64,000 bases of DNA, taken from Epiperipatus broadwayi. Lineage: Eukaryota > Animalia > Onychophora. The DNA is taken from NCBI GenBank assembly GCA_028023455.1, contig JAQFVV010000011.1, positions 3,038,001 to 3,102,000 of the forward strand, given 5' to 3'. Positions 1 through 13,481 of this stretch are shown here, piece by piece. The translations under genes were made by a program, and so were the position numbers. How positions within the stretch are numbered: position 1 is the stretch's first letter; each line of letters begins with the position of its first letter. The notes beneath the pieces were generated by a model that made no database searches, had not been told where the DNA came from, and worked only from the letters and a program-made list of their open reading frames with translations.

Positions 1-1359
1 AACACTGCTTTAAATATATCATGCATAGCCTATATGGACGATGTAACCGTTTTCCTCCCCTCTAAAAAGAACCTCCCCATATTACAAGAGATAATCAAGA
101 ATTATACCTCAAATTTTAATTTAAAAATTAACACAAATAAAACTGCTGCATGGTCAATATACACAGGCAAGCACTGTACAGAGATGTTTAATGGTAAACC
201 ATCTGCTTTCCTTGGTTTCCCATTCTACCTTGGAACCAATGGAATGAGGCAAAAAATTCAAAATAAATTAAAAATAGATGCTGAAAAAATCACAGCCTCA
301 CTTGAAAAGTCATACCTGTCAATATATGCAAAGGTAGCACTATTTAATCAACTTATAACTACAAAAATTACATACTATACACCTATAATCAAATTTGCAA
401 AAACATTCATATCTAAAATCTCGTCAATCTGTAACAAACTAATATGGAAGAGAAAGACAGTGGCAATCTCTTTAAAAAATCTGAGCAGACCACCACATAG
501 CAATGGACTTGGACTCCATACAATCAATGTTTTTTACACACAAAAATCAGTAAATCTAATAACAGCAACCATAAAAAGATTTCCAGACCTGGAGTGTGTA
601 ATCAGTATAATAAAACACAGACAGACCACCCCCTTCATATGGATATCTATCCACACTGATTGAAGAACTCAAGCCAATATACAACAAAATATCACTCAAT
701 AATGACAACAAGTATACATACTGGGACATTTACAATATACTACATCCCAACCAAACACCCAATCTACATCCATCAGTTCTTGGAATAGACAACAGGCAAC
801 TACTGCAACAATTCAGAAAATGGTCATTAGAACCAAAATTATTCGATTTTCTACTTAAGCTTAATCTCAATGCTCTACCCACAACCCATTTCCTTAGATT
901 TCGTAGATTCTATACCAATATAGACCCCATGTGCGGACTATGTCATAGAGAAGAAGAGACACAAGATCATTTTCTTCATTCCTGCAGTGCCCTAGAAACA
1001 ATACGTCGCACAATGTTTACCACATACAGAAAGGCTATCATTTCAATAGATGAAATAATAAATACATTTAAAAAAGGCAATAACCCTGCTATTCGTGCAG
1101 CAACATACAGCCTTTATGCCTACTGGTGCACCAGATGCACTTTTGCACTTGCCAATAACCCTCGCCCACCCAGCAACATATTCAATAAAACTAGAACTGT
1201 TAAGAAAAAGAGACAGCATCCTAGCTCAACCAGATATATTTGCAGCCACATGGTCACACTTGAAACAGAGATCCAGTCTATGAAATATAAAGACCAATAA
1301 GATAGATGATGACATTTTCAACATCAGCATTTTTTCCAACTTTAAAAAAAAAAAAAAAA
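1..1359 (+). mobile_element. Decayed L1/Tx1-like non-LTR retrotransposon, 3' part (RT core, zf-RVT, poly-A)
   Basis: YMDD RT motif at 31-42 opens ORF 34-663. ALPTTHFL..CGLCHREEETQDHFLHSC CCHC finger lies at ~870-990, and an A16 tail at 1344-1359. Stops and frameshifts separate the domains. Confidence 0.85.
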
Positions 1360-1531
1360 TGCAAGCATAAACTGAACTAGATAGAAGACCAAATTTAAAA
1401 ACAAGAAGAAAAAAAAAGGATGCAGAAAAGATAAAGACTTATATACTGAAAGTTGTAATTTGTTTTTCATTTGTAAAAAATCAATATATGACTCTGTAAC
1501 TTTTTAGACTCAATAAAGTTTTGCTTTGAAA

Positions 1532-1770
<239 letters not shown>

Positions 1771-2114
1771 ATTCGATTTTTTGTGTTTATTTATACAAAT
1801 ATAAAATTAATGATATGGATGAATTAATAATATAGTCATCAGAAAGATGATAATACTTAAAAATCAGTACTAAATAAAAATATAACTATTAATTGAAGTT
1901 TGACATTAAAATTATATATCTTGTTGTTTTGGTATTCATTTGAATAATAAATTGTTAAACCACTAAACATCACATGATCACAATCTCTTATATTAGCACA
2001 TAATTGTTATTAAACAAGGCAAAACTCTCCATCCAGTAGTGTCACCCTGTGCCAACCAGAGTAATCAATGGATGCCAGAGCCTTGTGCATAAAATCCCTA
2101 TCTAGTGCCTACTT

Positions 2115-2173
2115 ATCTAATATTCCCAGACTAGTTTCTGGCTTGTGGCCTTTGTCAGTGAGGAGCCTTGAAT
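2115..2173 (-). ncRNA. Type I hammerhead ribozyme motif, family A, core mutated (CUGACAA)
   Basis: Minus strand reads cuccuca-CUGACAA-aGGC-cacaa-GCCa-GAAAC-UA-GUC-ugggaau. Confidence 0.7.
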
Positions 2174-2396
2174 TTGAGAGCACTGCACCTACATCTTAGG
2201 ATCTAATGCAACCCTCCATCAGCCACCTTTTATCTCTACTTAACTACAAAACTATGAGAATGAAATTGAAAACACAATAATATTTTCAATCTAAGCTCAA
2301 TAGCTTATATAGTCATAGTTTTGTAGTTAAGTAGAGATAAAAGATGGCTGCTGAAGGCTTGCATTAGATCCTAAGATCTAGGTGCAGTGCTCTCAG

Positions 2397-2455
2397 ATCC
2401 AATGCTCCTCACTGATGAAGGCCACAAACCAGAAACTACTCTGGGGATATTGGAT
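2397..2455 (+). ncRNA. Type I hammerhead ribozyme motif, family A
   Basis: Reads auccaa-ugc-uccuca-CUGAUGA(2412-2418)-aggc-cacaa-acca-GAAAC-UA-CUC-ugggga-ua-uuggau. Helix I is UCCUCA/UGGGGA plus AUCCAA/UUGGAU. Consensus GUC is changed to CUC. Confidence 0.75.
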
Positions 2456-3134
2456 AAGTAGGCACTAGATAGGGATTTTATGCACAAGCCTTCTGGAATC
2501 CATTGATTACTCTGGTTGGCACTACTGGATGGGGAGTTTTTGCCTTGTTTAATAATAAATTGTTATTATTAAAATACTTCTATACAAGTTAAGATTAGAT
2601 ATCATGATAAAATATAGGCAAATAAACATAATAAAGCCATGTAAGTCCTAGCTTTTTATCAATTGATTTAGATGAGCTTACTAATGATGTGAATGCATGG
2701 TTTAGGGTGAGAATCACAAACCTGGTCCCTACCACCACTAGTGGGAATTACATGTTTTCAGATGAATGGTGAGTTTTTTCCAGATGTTAAAAGAAAAGCC
2801 ATACTTACTATAGATGCACATTAGATGTTTAATTTTTTTTGCAAAGTTGCTTATGCCTCTCATGAAATATTACAACTTGGTACAGACCTATAAAAGTTCC
2901 AATTTTGATATTGGCATTCATATACAGTTTGTAATTATGCTTTTGGCTGGCAATACAAGAAAACAACCAATGAGTTCTGTGACTCTATATGCATAACTTG
3001 TCGCAATAAACAACTTGGAACAACTTTGTGGTCTACCTCTTTATCTATGATGGCCCATGAGTATTTGAGATTAGTTAAGTAAATGTGATTTTAAGACCAT
3101 TTGTAAAATTTATATATATTTTAACCAATCTTAA

Positions 3135-3275
3135 TCCATGCCTCAAAAAAAGAAATATGTTTGTGACTATTTAGTGGGATACTTGAAAATGGGTTTTATC
3201 AAATCTGTAACGAATCAACAGTTTATGGTGTGTTTATTGTGCTACAAAATGTTATCAAATGAAGCACTAAATTAA
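3135..3275 (+). mobile_element. Remnant of a Buster/Charlie-type hAT transposase N-terminus (BED-finger region)
   Basis: Translates YLKMGFIKSVTNQQFMVCLLCYKMLSNEAL, resembling the YL.xGF...C..C...LSN.AM pattern of ZBED5/SCAND3-like proteins. Recognised from memory only. Confidence 0.45.
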
Positions 3276-4662
3276 GTTGAGTATTAGTGGGGAATAGGGA
3301 AATTATACTGCTAACAAGAGTACAATCATGGGCAATAGGTAAAAAAAGATTAATGATCTTTGGTTTAGGATTTAAGATATATATGACAAAATGGTGGACA
3401 AAATTATAATAGTAGGACAATCATTATTTCATTGGAGAAAAGAAAATATTGCAAATTTTTATTATTTATTAATATTTAGATACTATATGCATGTATGGAT
3501 TGAAAGTATAGTTGTGGGGAATAAATCCGCTATTTGATGCATGATATTTTGATATGTGTTGCATAACTTGTTGGCACCTTACTGTGGTTATATATGCTTT
3601 CTACTAAGAATTAATACTTCTCAAATGTTTACACAGTATAAGTTTATAGTAATTTAGGGTAAACAGATGCACCCATACTCCTTAGCTGTCACTTTATTTA
3701 CTCAGACATTTGTTCCTTAATTTGTTTGGATAATTACATTATATACAAGTAGACTATCATTAATCAAGTATTGTACCTATTATTCAAACACTTCTATTAA
3801 TCTAACAAAATTTCTAATAAATTAGTTTACGAATATATTTATGAACTCAATTAAAGGAATGGGAGGAGGGGGGAGTCAATAATTTTTATTTAAAAATTTA
3901 CATGTTTCTAACCTCTAATTTTATCGTTTTTAAAATAAGTCAAACTTTATTAAAACTTTTTCTAAATGCATTAGTATTTGGACAAGTATAAATAAAGTTT
4001 AGATTAAAAAAAACTACAACGATTAAATTAAACAAAATAGTCCAACATTCAGTAACTATTTAATTACAATGAGTCGTCGTCCCCCCCCCCCCTTTTCTTA
4101 TTAGAGTTTAGACTTACAACGGAGAAATTCACGAATCTAAAATCTCTGCAACTGTCTGGAAACAGAATTTTAGATTAGTTTTACTATATACAATTTAAAT
4201 ATGTCTGTTTATGTTAAAAAATATATAGCTAATCACAGCATGTGCTATTTTTATTTTTAAGATCTTTACTAATACAAAAAAATTAATATGAACATAATGA
4301 TTAAAAAAAAAAACTACTTTATTTTTAATATAAATTATTCCACACATTTATAAACTTTATGTGCTGTCAAATTAACATTTCTTTAGAATATATACAAACG
4401 CATATGTTTATATCTATAAATAAAATGTAAGAATGACTGTCTAAAGAAACTTTCCTGGATCCATTTTTGATGGAACAAAGAAAAAAACTCACCTTAGCCA
4501 AATAAATTAAAACACTGTATACTGTCCATTACTCAGTATTCATATGATTCTTGACTTATTGAGCAATCAATCAGGTTTTAAATATATCTACTACGTCCTA
4601 AAAGTATTATTATTTTATACCAGTCGGAAAAACATCGTAACTTTAAACTCAAGTTATCACAA

Positions 4663-4858
4663 ATTTGAAGATTTGCTATCTTAATATAAACTGAGCTAAC
4701 TGATCGTATATATGTGTGGGACATGATGATTTGGACCAATTAATGAATGCTGGTTTAGCACGAATATGTATATTGGAGATTATTTATCTTTAGCACGTGT
4801 GTGGCCATGTGTATTAGTTGTATAAGATGGAGTACATAGCTGTGGAAAGTTTGAAATA
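4663..4858 (+). mobile_element. Family B hammerhead element, degenerate copy
   Basis: ggaccaa-ttaatga-atgctggtttagca-cgaat-atgtat-attggagat aligns with the B copies at 17.6, 27.9, 38.0, 38.6 and 55.3-55.6 kb. Confidence 0.75.
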
Positions 4859-5038
4859 ACAAACTAGAAAAAGAATAAAGAGTAAATACCAATTAGAAAT
4901 TTCTAAAGTCTATAAATAAACTTTTACCAGTGTATGCCAATTTCTACACATGGACAATAGATAATCAGGGCCGGCGCTGGGTACTAGGCGCCCGCATGCA
5001 AATTTGATTTTGGCGCCCCTGTCAATATGTATGTTTAC

Positions 5039-5697
5039 TAAGGTGACCCGACCGTGTCCCGTGGCGTTTTAAAAAAGTCATGATTTTTAGAAAGAATGCA
5101 CGATGTAATGCTATTTTTGATATCAAAAATAGCATAAAATTGATTGTTAAATTATATATTATTTCATACAAACGGTTTGTATGAAATAATATATAATTTA
5201 ACACGGCAAATTTAGATGTTAGAAAAATTTGCAGAAATTTTAAAAATAATGTGTTTGTTAAAAATAGACAGAGTGATTCAAATATATATATATAATAAAT
5301 TTAAAAAAATAATGTTTGAGATTAAAATATTTAAATGTTTAAAATAATTTTCGAAAAACATTTACATATTTTAATCTCAAATATTTTTTTTTTTTAAAAT
5401 TTCATATTTATTATTTGCGTCACTGTCTGTTTTTAACAAACCCATTATTTTTAAAATTTTTGCTAATTTTTCTAACCTCTAAATTTATGCAAATATTAGC
5501 AAATTTAATAATAAATTTACAATTTATAAATGAAATAATTTTAAAAAAAGATAATATTACAAACATACATATTTAATTTATTATTATTAATGTACGCTAT
5601 ATCTATATAAACGCTCCATATAAACCAAATTTTTAATCAGCCCCCCCCCCCGGTCAATGGTGTCCCGTTTTACCAATGTTAAAATCTGGTCACTTTA
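5039..5697. mobile_element. Nested non-autonomous hAT-type MITE
   Basis: Ends TAAGGTGACC / GGTCACTTTA (9/10 inverted match). Flanks ATGTTTAC (5031-5038) and ATGTATAC (5698-5705) form a 7/8 TSD. Long internal palindrome at ~5208-5486. Confidence 0.75.
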
Positions 5698-5843
5698 ATG
5701 TATACCACCTACATGTTATAAATATTAGTGTACAAAATCTTTCTAAGGGAAACAAACAAGGCAATGTAAATAAATAATTTTTAATATTAAAAAAAAAGAA
5801 AATACAGTTAAAAAAAGTAAATGCATTACAAAACATGTTATAA

Positions 5844-8347
5844 TTATAATAATTTTATACTCCTTGACTTCATATTAATAAACCTTGATATGATTGTATT
5901 TATTTCCAGTTCTGCACAAATATCATTTTCAATAGCAATTAATGCCAAATTAACAAGCCGTTTTTGTGACATAGTTGTTCTCAAGTAAGTTTTAATTAAT
6001 TTTAACTTAGAAAAAGAGCGTTCACCGCTTGCAACACTAACAGGTAATGTTAATAATATTCTTAAAGCTATTGATAAGTTTGGCATAGATAAATTATTAG
6101 AAACTATAAAATTAAGTGTTTCGAAAGGGTTTTGAGAATTTAAAAAATCCTTTTGAAAAATATCTCGAAAAGCACATAATTCGTCGAATAAATCTGTAGC
6201 ATTAATATCTTTACTGTTATCAAATTTCAAAATATTTTCTAAATCTTTGCATTTTGCTTGTAACTCGCTCTTATTAATTTCTGATATTTTATATAGAAAA
6301 TTGAAATTATTATAACATGCTTCGAGGAGTTCAAAGCGTTCTGTTAAAGAATTAATCGCTACATCTAAAAGTGTAAAAAACATGTTTATTTTAAATTTTT
6401 CTTCAGGTATTTGAGGTGTTTCGTCCTGATGCTCGTAATCAAATTGACGAGTTTTTTTTCCGTTGTCGAACTTCTTTGGCAGTTTTAAATTCTTTCTCTC
6501 CATCAACCTCTTCGCTAAGTTCATCTGCAATTTTGAGAATGTTTTTGAAATTTGAATCTGATCGATATTCTCGTAAAAATTTATTTAGATTTGCGATCGA
6601 TTCTAAAGCAAGTGAAGCATTCATATTTACATTTTGGAGCATTTTACTGACAGGATTTATTCTATTTAATATATCATGCCAAATTATTAAAGAACAAATA
6701 AATTTGTAATCCTTAAGGTTAGTGCAGAGTGATTGAGCTTCATGTTGAATTTCTCTATTAAAAGATTCGTTGTTCATTATTTCATAGAGTGCATCATAAA
6801 TTTCACCCAACTGATACCGTAGAGGCCGGATTGCATCAATTCTGCTTTCCCATCGTGTTTCTGATGGTTGTTTTAGAGTTAAAGTTTTAATAAATTTTAA
6901 AAGGATTGACCACCGTTTATAAGATGATGAAAAAAAATTGTATTTTTTTTGAACAATTGCAAAAAACCAATTGTATCTACATTGACTTTGGCGGCATCGT
7001 TTATGATTAAGTTTAAAGAATGAGCAGCACATGGTACGTAAAATGCACGAGGGTTTTTGGTTAAAATCAAATTTTGAAGTCCAGCCTTTTTGCCTTTCAT
7101 GTTGGCCCCATTATCATACCCTTGACCACGCATGTCTTCAATGGGAATCTTCCATTTTTCCAGTTGTTCAATTATTGTTGTACATAAACCTCGTCCAGTG
7201 GAATCTGTTATATCTATGAAACCTAAAAAGTTTTCTCTAATTTTAACCGTTCCATTATTACAAAAAACGAAGCGAATAATTATGGTCATTTGTTCAGTTT
7301 TACTTGCATCTGGTGTACAATCTAAAATAATAGAATAATATTTGGATTTCTTTATCGATAATAAAATTGTTTCCCTAATTGCTGTACTTAAAATTTCCAA
7401 TAATTCATTTTGGCTATCTTTGCTCAAATAATGTACTCTATTGTTTTGATCTAGGGCCCTCTCAACATGATTTTCCATAACGGGATCAAACTTCGCAAAT
7501 AATTCAATTAATTTTAAAAATTTCCGTTATTTTTTTCGTATAATTTATCAGATGATCCGCGAAATGCTAAATTTTGACTACCAAGGAATTTGATAATTTC
7601 AATCAGCCGTTCCAAAACACTCCTCCAATGTTTCTTTTCCATTTCATATAAATTTTGAGATTGACAATCAATAGTAATTTTGTTTTTTAATCTTTTCTCA
7701 AGTTCATTCCAATTCAATAAACTTTTCATGTGAGCCATACTAGTTTCATGTCTGTGTAAAGTTGTACTTAAATTTCTCCAATTATTGTATCCTTCTATGA
7801 GGCTAGATTCAGTAGATCCAAAAACTTTGCAACAAAAGCAAAACACAGAGTTCAAAATTTCGGAATAAATAAGCCATTTTCGAAAAACTACTTCTCCGTT
7901 TTCCATTTTTCTATTATAATATACATCAGAAAATTTACGGCCATGTACATCGTTCGGATATATAATATCTTTCTTTTGAACAGGCCCCATTTCTACTAAA
8001 ATAACACGTAGTTTGTCATCGATTTTATTCCATTCAGCTGGATCTTCTAAATTTGTACACATTTGATATGATATTGGCACAATGACTTTGTTGTCACTTA
8101 ACTGTTTCTTACTAAAATCTTGTTCAATATTTTCAACAGTTCCCTGTGATCTAGATGATGTGCACGGTTCTGGTTCTTGTTGAGTATAAGCTATTTCAGA
8201 AGCAGTTGATATTTTAAGATATTTATTAAGTGATCCACTTTGTTTTTTAATGTTTGCTATTTTTTCAGCTTGGCGTTTACGATTTTGTGCACCGGATAGT
8301 TTTTTCTTAGTTTTTGATTCCATATTACTTTTACTCATGAACGCCAC
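5844..8347 (-). pseudogene. hAT transposase (ZMYM1-like: TTF-type Zn finger, DUF4371/DDE, C-terminal dimerisation domain), ~830 aa, split into four ORFs
   Basis: ORFs 7514-8347, 6897-7478, 6439-7032 and 5844-6530 contain FCFCCKVF, SIILDCTPD, GQGYDNGANM, HSLNL, TRWESR and ASGERSFSKLKLIKTYLRTTM. They join through single-base indels in homopolymer runs. Confidence 0.93.
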
Positions 8348-10329
8348 TTTAAAATAATTTTCAAATGTAATAAATAAATAAATACGGACTCTAATTTATA
8401 TATTTACATCATGTATCTTAATACTTAAGATTATATATCGCTAATTTAGATGTCCAACACAAATTACTTCTTGCGCCAAAATACAAAACTCTATACGCGG
8501 AGGGGAAGAAGTTGTTTAACTTGTTTACCTAAAAAAGGCAGCTAATAAATTGGAAATATTCAGCCATTGACATTAAAAATGGTCAGGTTTTAAAATAACT
8601 CAAGTGTCCAGTTTTTTACGCTTGATTGAACATTTTAGTTTTACCATTGGCAAGATTTTCTTTTGTTATCATATATTTTTCTAATTAACACAGGTGGCCT
8701 GCCAGGCCTGATTTGCGATTTCAATAGAAAATTTCCTGGGATTATAATTATTGTTTACAAGTTCTTACTAAGATTTTAAAATTTGCGATAAACATCATAA
8801 GCAAACGTATGTAATTAATTTGCAAACCTAATTAGTATGCAGAAAAAATAGACTTTTGACAACGATTAAAATATATAAAATAAAAAGTAAACTGAAAATT
8901 ATATTAAGTTTACTGGAATTATACCTATAATATATATTACATACACGTTCGAATATTTATATCAAATTATTATTTAAATAAAAAATTAGAAAATGTTTTA
9001 TTTTGCAATATTATAATCGTTTCTTACGATTTCAAAATTATGTACATGATCTAATATATATATACGCATATACATACATAAGTTCTAATTTATAATACTT
9101 TTAGTGTGTGTTTATTTATATATTTGCTAGCAGAAAGTTACTTATAGTTTACTATAAGCAGTACTATATATATATAAACATTACAATATGAAATTTGTAA
9201 TATAATAAACTTTATGTTTAGTTTATTGTTCATGATAAATAATAGATTTGATTGTTTTATATTTTTAATATTAAGCAGAGCTTGTGTGCAGGCCTGCTTG
9301 TGTGTGTCATTTAATAAGATATAATATGACTTCATATGATTTTCAATAATCTACTCTCAATAATTTTTGTAAATAAACATTTGAGAATAATATTCTTCAA
9401 ATGTGAGTATTTTTGTTAGTAGAGTTTTAATTTCTCAGGGATGGCGCCTTCTTTTTCAGATGCTAATCTCTCAGTGATGGCGCCTCCTTCTGCCAGCGCC
9501 CGCATGCCTAGCATGCGTTGCATGCCCGCTTCCGCCGGCCCTGTAGATAATTATAATCCATTTGCATTGTGTCTGAAATGAAGACATTTCTTCATTCACT
9601 GCTATATCTCACCTAGCCTTCAACTAATTGACTAGTCCAGATTCCATCTTATCTTGAGTGGATTGTCACAGACCAATAGATATATGAAAAGATAACATAT
9701 TCAATAGCAGAAACAGGCCAATGGTTGATGATGCTCAATGAATCCAATTGCTCTCATTATGAATAGGGATCTAGCTATAAATAGTCAGTCCAGTTGAAGG
9801 TAAAGTCAGACAACAATAAATTACTGTCAAATATGAACAACAATATGCACGTTGTTTGCTATTTGACTAAAGCAGTGAGGCAAATTCTTGTTAGAGCTGG
9901 AAGCTGCTAGAGCCCAAATCAGACATGAGGCTAGCTGAGACAGAACATCTGGAAGTGTATACTGTTATGGAACAGCTGAAAATATTACACAAACCTAGAA
10001 ATATGCTTGAAGTTCCTTGCAATAATAATTGCATGGCATCTAAATGCTGTACCAAGCCAATGTATCAGGTGTATAAACATTATTGTACATAATCTATATA
10101 TATCGTATATGTATACACCAACAGATTTAAACAGTTTTGTATAGATTTATAAATATTGTATAAATATGTGAAATAAATATTGAATCATATTTATACGAGT
10201 CTGTGTTTATTATTATCATACATAAACACAACATGCACCAATTCGGATATAATTACAATATCTATATTTATATGTCCTGGGAATCACAATACAAAAGATC
10301 ATAAGAAAGTTTAAATTCTGGCATATGGA

Positions 10330-10870
10330 GTCCAAATACTTGGACTTCATAATTAAATTAAATCTCACTGTGCTACCAACAAATCATTTCCTGGTCACGT
10401 GGAGAGGTCTTGCCCAAAATAGATTTGACATGTCAACTTTGCAAATATGAAGAAGAGACCATTGAACATGTCCTTTATACATGTCATATTTGGATCCTAT
10501 TAGAAAATTTATCATAGATCGTACCAATGTTAATCCTAGGGAATTTTTTTCAATCAAAGCCATTACAATAAAAGGACACTTCCCATTAACCAGGATGGCA
10601 ATTTTCCTCACTTTCACCATCTGGTTACTACGATGTCGATTGATCATCAAAAATAATAACTGTGATTTGTAAAATCATAGAAAAAATTAAAGTAAAAGAC
10701 CGAATGGTAGCCCCTATGGAAATATTCAAAGATACCTGGGCAATTTGTCAGTTGCCTGAAACCTAAATATTCCATTCCAAAAAATCCAAGAACTCTCAAG
10801 TATGAACAATCCCTTGTAGCTTCAAGCTCAACCAGGTATTGCTGGAGTATTGAGCACAAGATAAACCATG
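10330..10870 (+). mobile_element. L1/Tx1-like LINE 3' fragment (zf-RVT)
   Basis: LPTNHFL...CQLCKYEEETIEHVLYTC...FLTFTIWLLRC...DRMVAP..IFKDTW. Homologous to the 0.9-1.3 kb and 54.1-54.6 kb pieces. Confidence 0.8.
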
Positions 10871-11974
10871 GATATCAATGCTAAAGGACCATAGAAATAT
10901 ATTGTATTCAACTTGAATTTCTATTTAACTAATGAACCTAATTTTTAAAAAGAAAAAAAACTATTATCATATTAACAGTATTCAAACTATTTGCTAGTCT
11001 TCAGTATGCAAACCATTCTTGCAATCATTACACTTTCACACACACACATCAACAATCACTTAGCAGGGTTTATTTTCTTTCTTAGCACAATTGACTTTTA
11101 ATACACATTTAAATGTACAATTGGCATATGTAGATTTTCTAGAGGAGCATAATAATTGGGAGATACTTTATTTATATAATGTCTGCATGTATTTACATGG
11201 TTAAATAACAAACTTTATTTACATCCGCGTGCATACAATACACACACAGTTAGTCCAATATCTATCTTGTTTCTACATAAAAAAAATCTAATGTGATTAT
11301 AATCTCTTCATTGTGCATCATGTTATCTTTACTAATAATAAATGAGTGGGTTTTTGCTTGGGAGTATTTATTTTATTGCATACAAATAAAAAAAATACAA
11401 CTACCAAGGATTAAACGTATAAATGAGTAACGCAAACTGATATATTTAAATATACATACGAAAACACTAGCTGAAAATAAGATGGATCTTTTTTTCGGTT
11501 TTATTAGATAAGTCTTCATCACAACTCTGCCATATCACAGCCAACCACCATCACAACTAGCAAAATAAAGATATGACTCAATGCAAAGATCATTTTATGC
11601 ATTCTAACAATAATATATGACTGCACTTCTATGTAAGTGGTTACTATTGTTGAACAATTTGAAAGTATTTTTGATTACTTAAAGGTAATAAATACTTAAA
11701 TATATTAAAATATTATTGACACCAAATATTACTTTAATTTCAGCAGCGCTCCATTACGGAACAAACGCCAGATGTACAATTAGTTTTATTATTTAATATA
11801 TTAAAATTAATTAATAAGTATTCCAAAAGTATCTTATAAAAATAATAACGTTAAAATTTATTTGAAGCTGACTATCTTATAAAATTTCTCATCAAATGCA
11901 GATTTAAGAGGTAGTTAATATAATACTCTACTTTAATTATAACATCGGATAAATAGGGGTAGTTGTTTGACATT

Positions 11975-12160
11975 TGTTGGCCATGGAGTTGACAAAGATT
12001 ATGTTGTGGAAATAGGATGGAGCAGGATATGGGGAAACTTAGGATGGGGAATGGAAAGGGAAGGTAAAGTGGCTAACAGGTTTCTCTGGACATAGTTGTT
12101 GAAGATTCCTGTCTCCGTATAAGGAGAAGTCACAGTGCGTCACATCACATGCCTTTATAC
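11975..12160 (+). mobile_element. Family C repeat (probable LINE ORF2 C-terminus plus 3' UTR)
   Basis: gagttgacaaagattatgttgtggaaa...aaggagaagtcacag is shared with 13735-14040 and 49625-49935. Confidence 0.7.
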
Positions 12161-12889
12161 CATTTATTCTAGGCTTTCCCCCATTATATCTTTAAGTTTT
12201 GAGCGTTCGGATACGAAGAGTTAAACCACACATACAAAAAAAAACTTTACGTAATTAAGATGCATAAGTCGAGAAATTGAAAAAAAAAAATGTTTAGTAT
12301 TTTATTCTTTTATTTTCATACCAGATTTGAGTACATATTAATAGTTTTTATTTTTTTGGTTTTATGTCATTAGTTTTACGCGAGTAAAACTTTATTATTT
12401 TTCATATTTTCAAACTAAGCATTCTATTTTCTTATAATTTCTTCTTAATTGTAAAGCTGGACAAAATTCTTTTAAATAACTTTTGCTATATAAAGTATAA
12501 AAATGATGTAAATTAAAGTTTGCCACCTTCTTTTCATTGTGACACTCGAAAAATCAATATCTAAAATTTTAAGTTTACTTTTAATGTCACGTGATGAAAG
12601 GACAAAGAAAGCCATGTTGAACTAAGATGAAGAATGTTGTAAAGTAATTAGAGTTTTCCCTGAAGAACTTTACTTTTAGCATGATAATTACTGTGTGGCT
12701 TCATTAAAGCAATAGTACATTTTAGGATGATTAAAAATATTTTTAAACAGACTTTAGTGCTATGTATAGACAGACATTTATAACAACCACAAATAATAAT
12801 TATATAATCATATATATAAAGTTAAACATCATGTGATTTCAGCGTAAAAATGCTTTTCAAACAAATTTTATTTATGGTAGTTCTGCTCC

Positions 12890-13030
12890 TATTGTAAGCG
12901 TAGGTAATCAACAAATGCTAGATAGTAGTGTGTATTAAATTCATATTTGGTGTTGTCTTATCCATATCTCTAGACTAGTTCCTGACTTACGACCTTCACC
13001 TGTAAGGAGTTTTCATTCTGGACTAGTGCT
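12890..13030 (-). mobile_element. Family A hammerhead element, degenerate copy
   Basis: ccatatctctagactagttcctgacttacgaccttcacctgtaaggag aligns with the A consensus ccaatatccccagactagtttctggcttgtggccttcatcagtgaggag. Confidence 0.65.
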
Positions 13031-13481
13031 TCTAAATTTTCTTCATCTACTGCATCTTTCTTACAGTGGCCATTTTTTATTTTTTTCATATGCTATATCT
13101 TAAGATCCAGATTAAACACTTTTCACTATCCAAGTTCATAGTCTGGAAATATGCATAGGACAGCATTAAAAGGAGAGTTAATAAGCAATACCATCTATTG
13201 ATTATTGAAGCTTACAATAGGTGGCAGAACTGGAATCACATCACTTGAAATTTGCTCAAAAGTAGATAAAATTATAAAATATTTTTGGAAGAGGAATTGC
13301 ATAAAGTTTTCAGATATAAACCTTTTTTAAATTCAAAAATCTGCATCCTGATCTATAAAAACCCTGTCATATATATATCTCAAATTGTTTAGTTTTTATC
13401 AGACAACTTCTCATTTCAAACTCTAATATGTTAAAACTATACACCAATATAAAACCTCAGACCATCCTTTTTTAAATAGTA

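Larger units (their letters stand above)
1955..2560. mobile_element. Family A hammerhead element, fold-back pair (minus copy left, plus copy right)
   Basis: Inverted arms ~2002-2257 and 2313-2560 surround a 55-nt spacer. The same sequence recurs at 12.9, 13.5, 33.5, 34.5, 46.5, 60.1 and 61.0 kb. Confidence 0.9.
4966..9543 (-). mobile_element. Full-length hAT DNA transposon (4578 bp including nested MITE)
   Basis: TIRs CAGGGCCGGCG (4966-4976) and CGCCGGCCCTG (9533-9543). Perfect 8-bp TSD TAGATAAT (4958-4965 and 9544-9551). Subterminal GGCGCC repeats at both ends and an internal transposase. Confidence 0.97.

Noticed and set aside
9664-9842. Solo-LTR-like stretch (TGT start, TATAAATA, AATAAA, ..ACA)
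   Set aside because: No TSD, no second copy, and no PBS or PPT.
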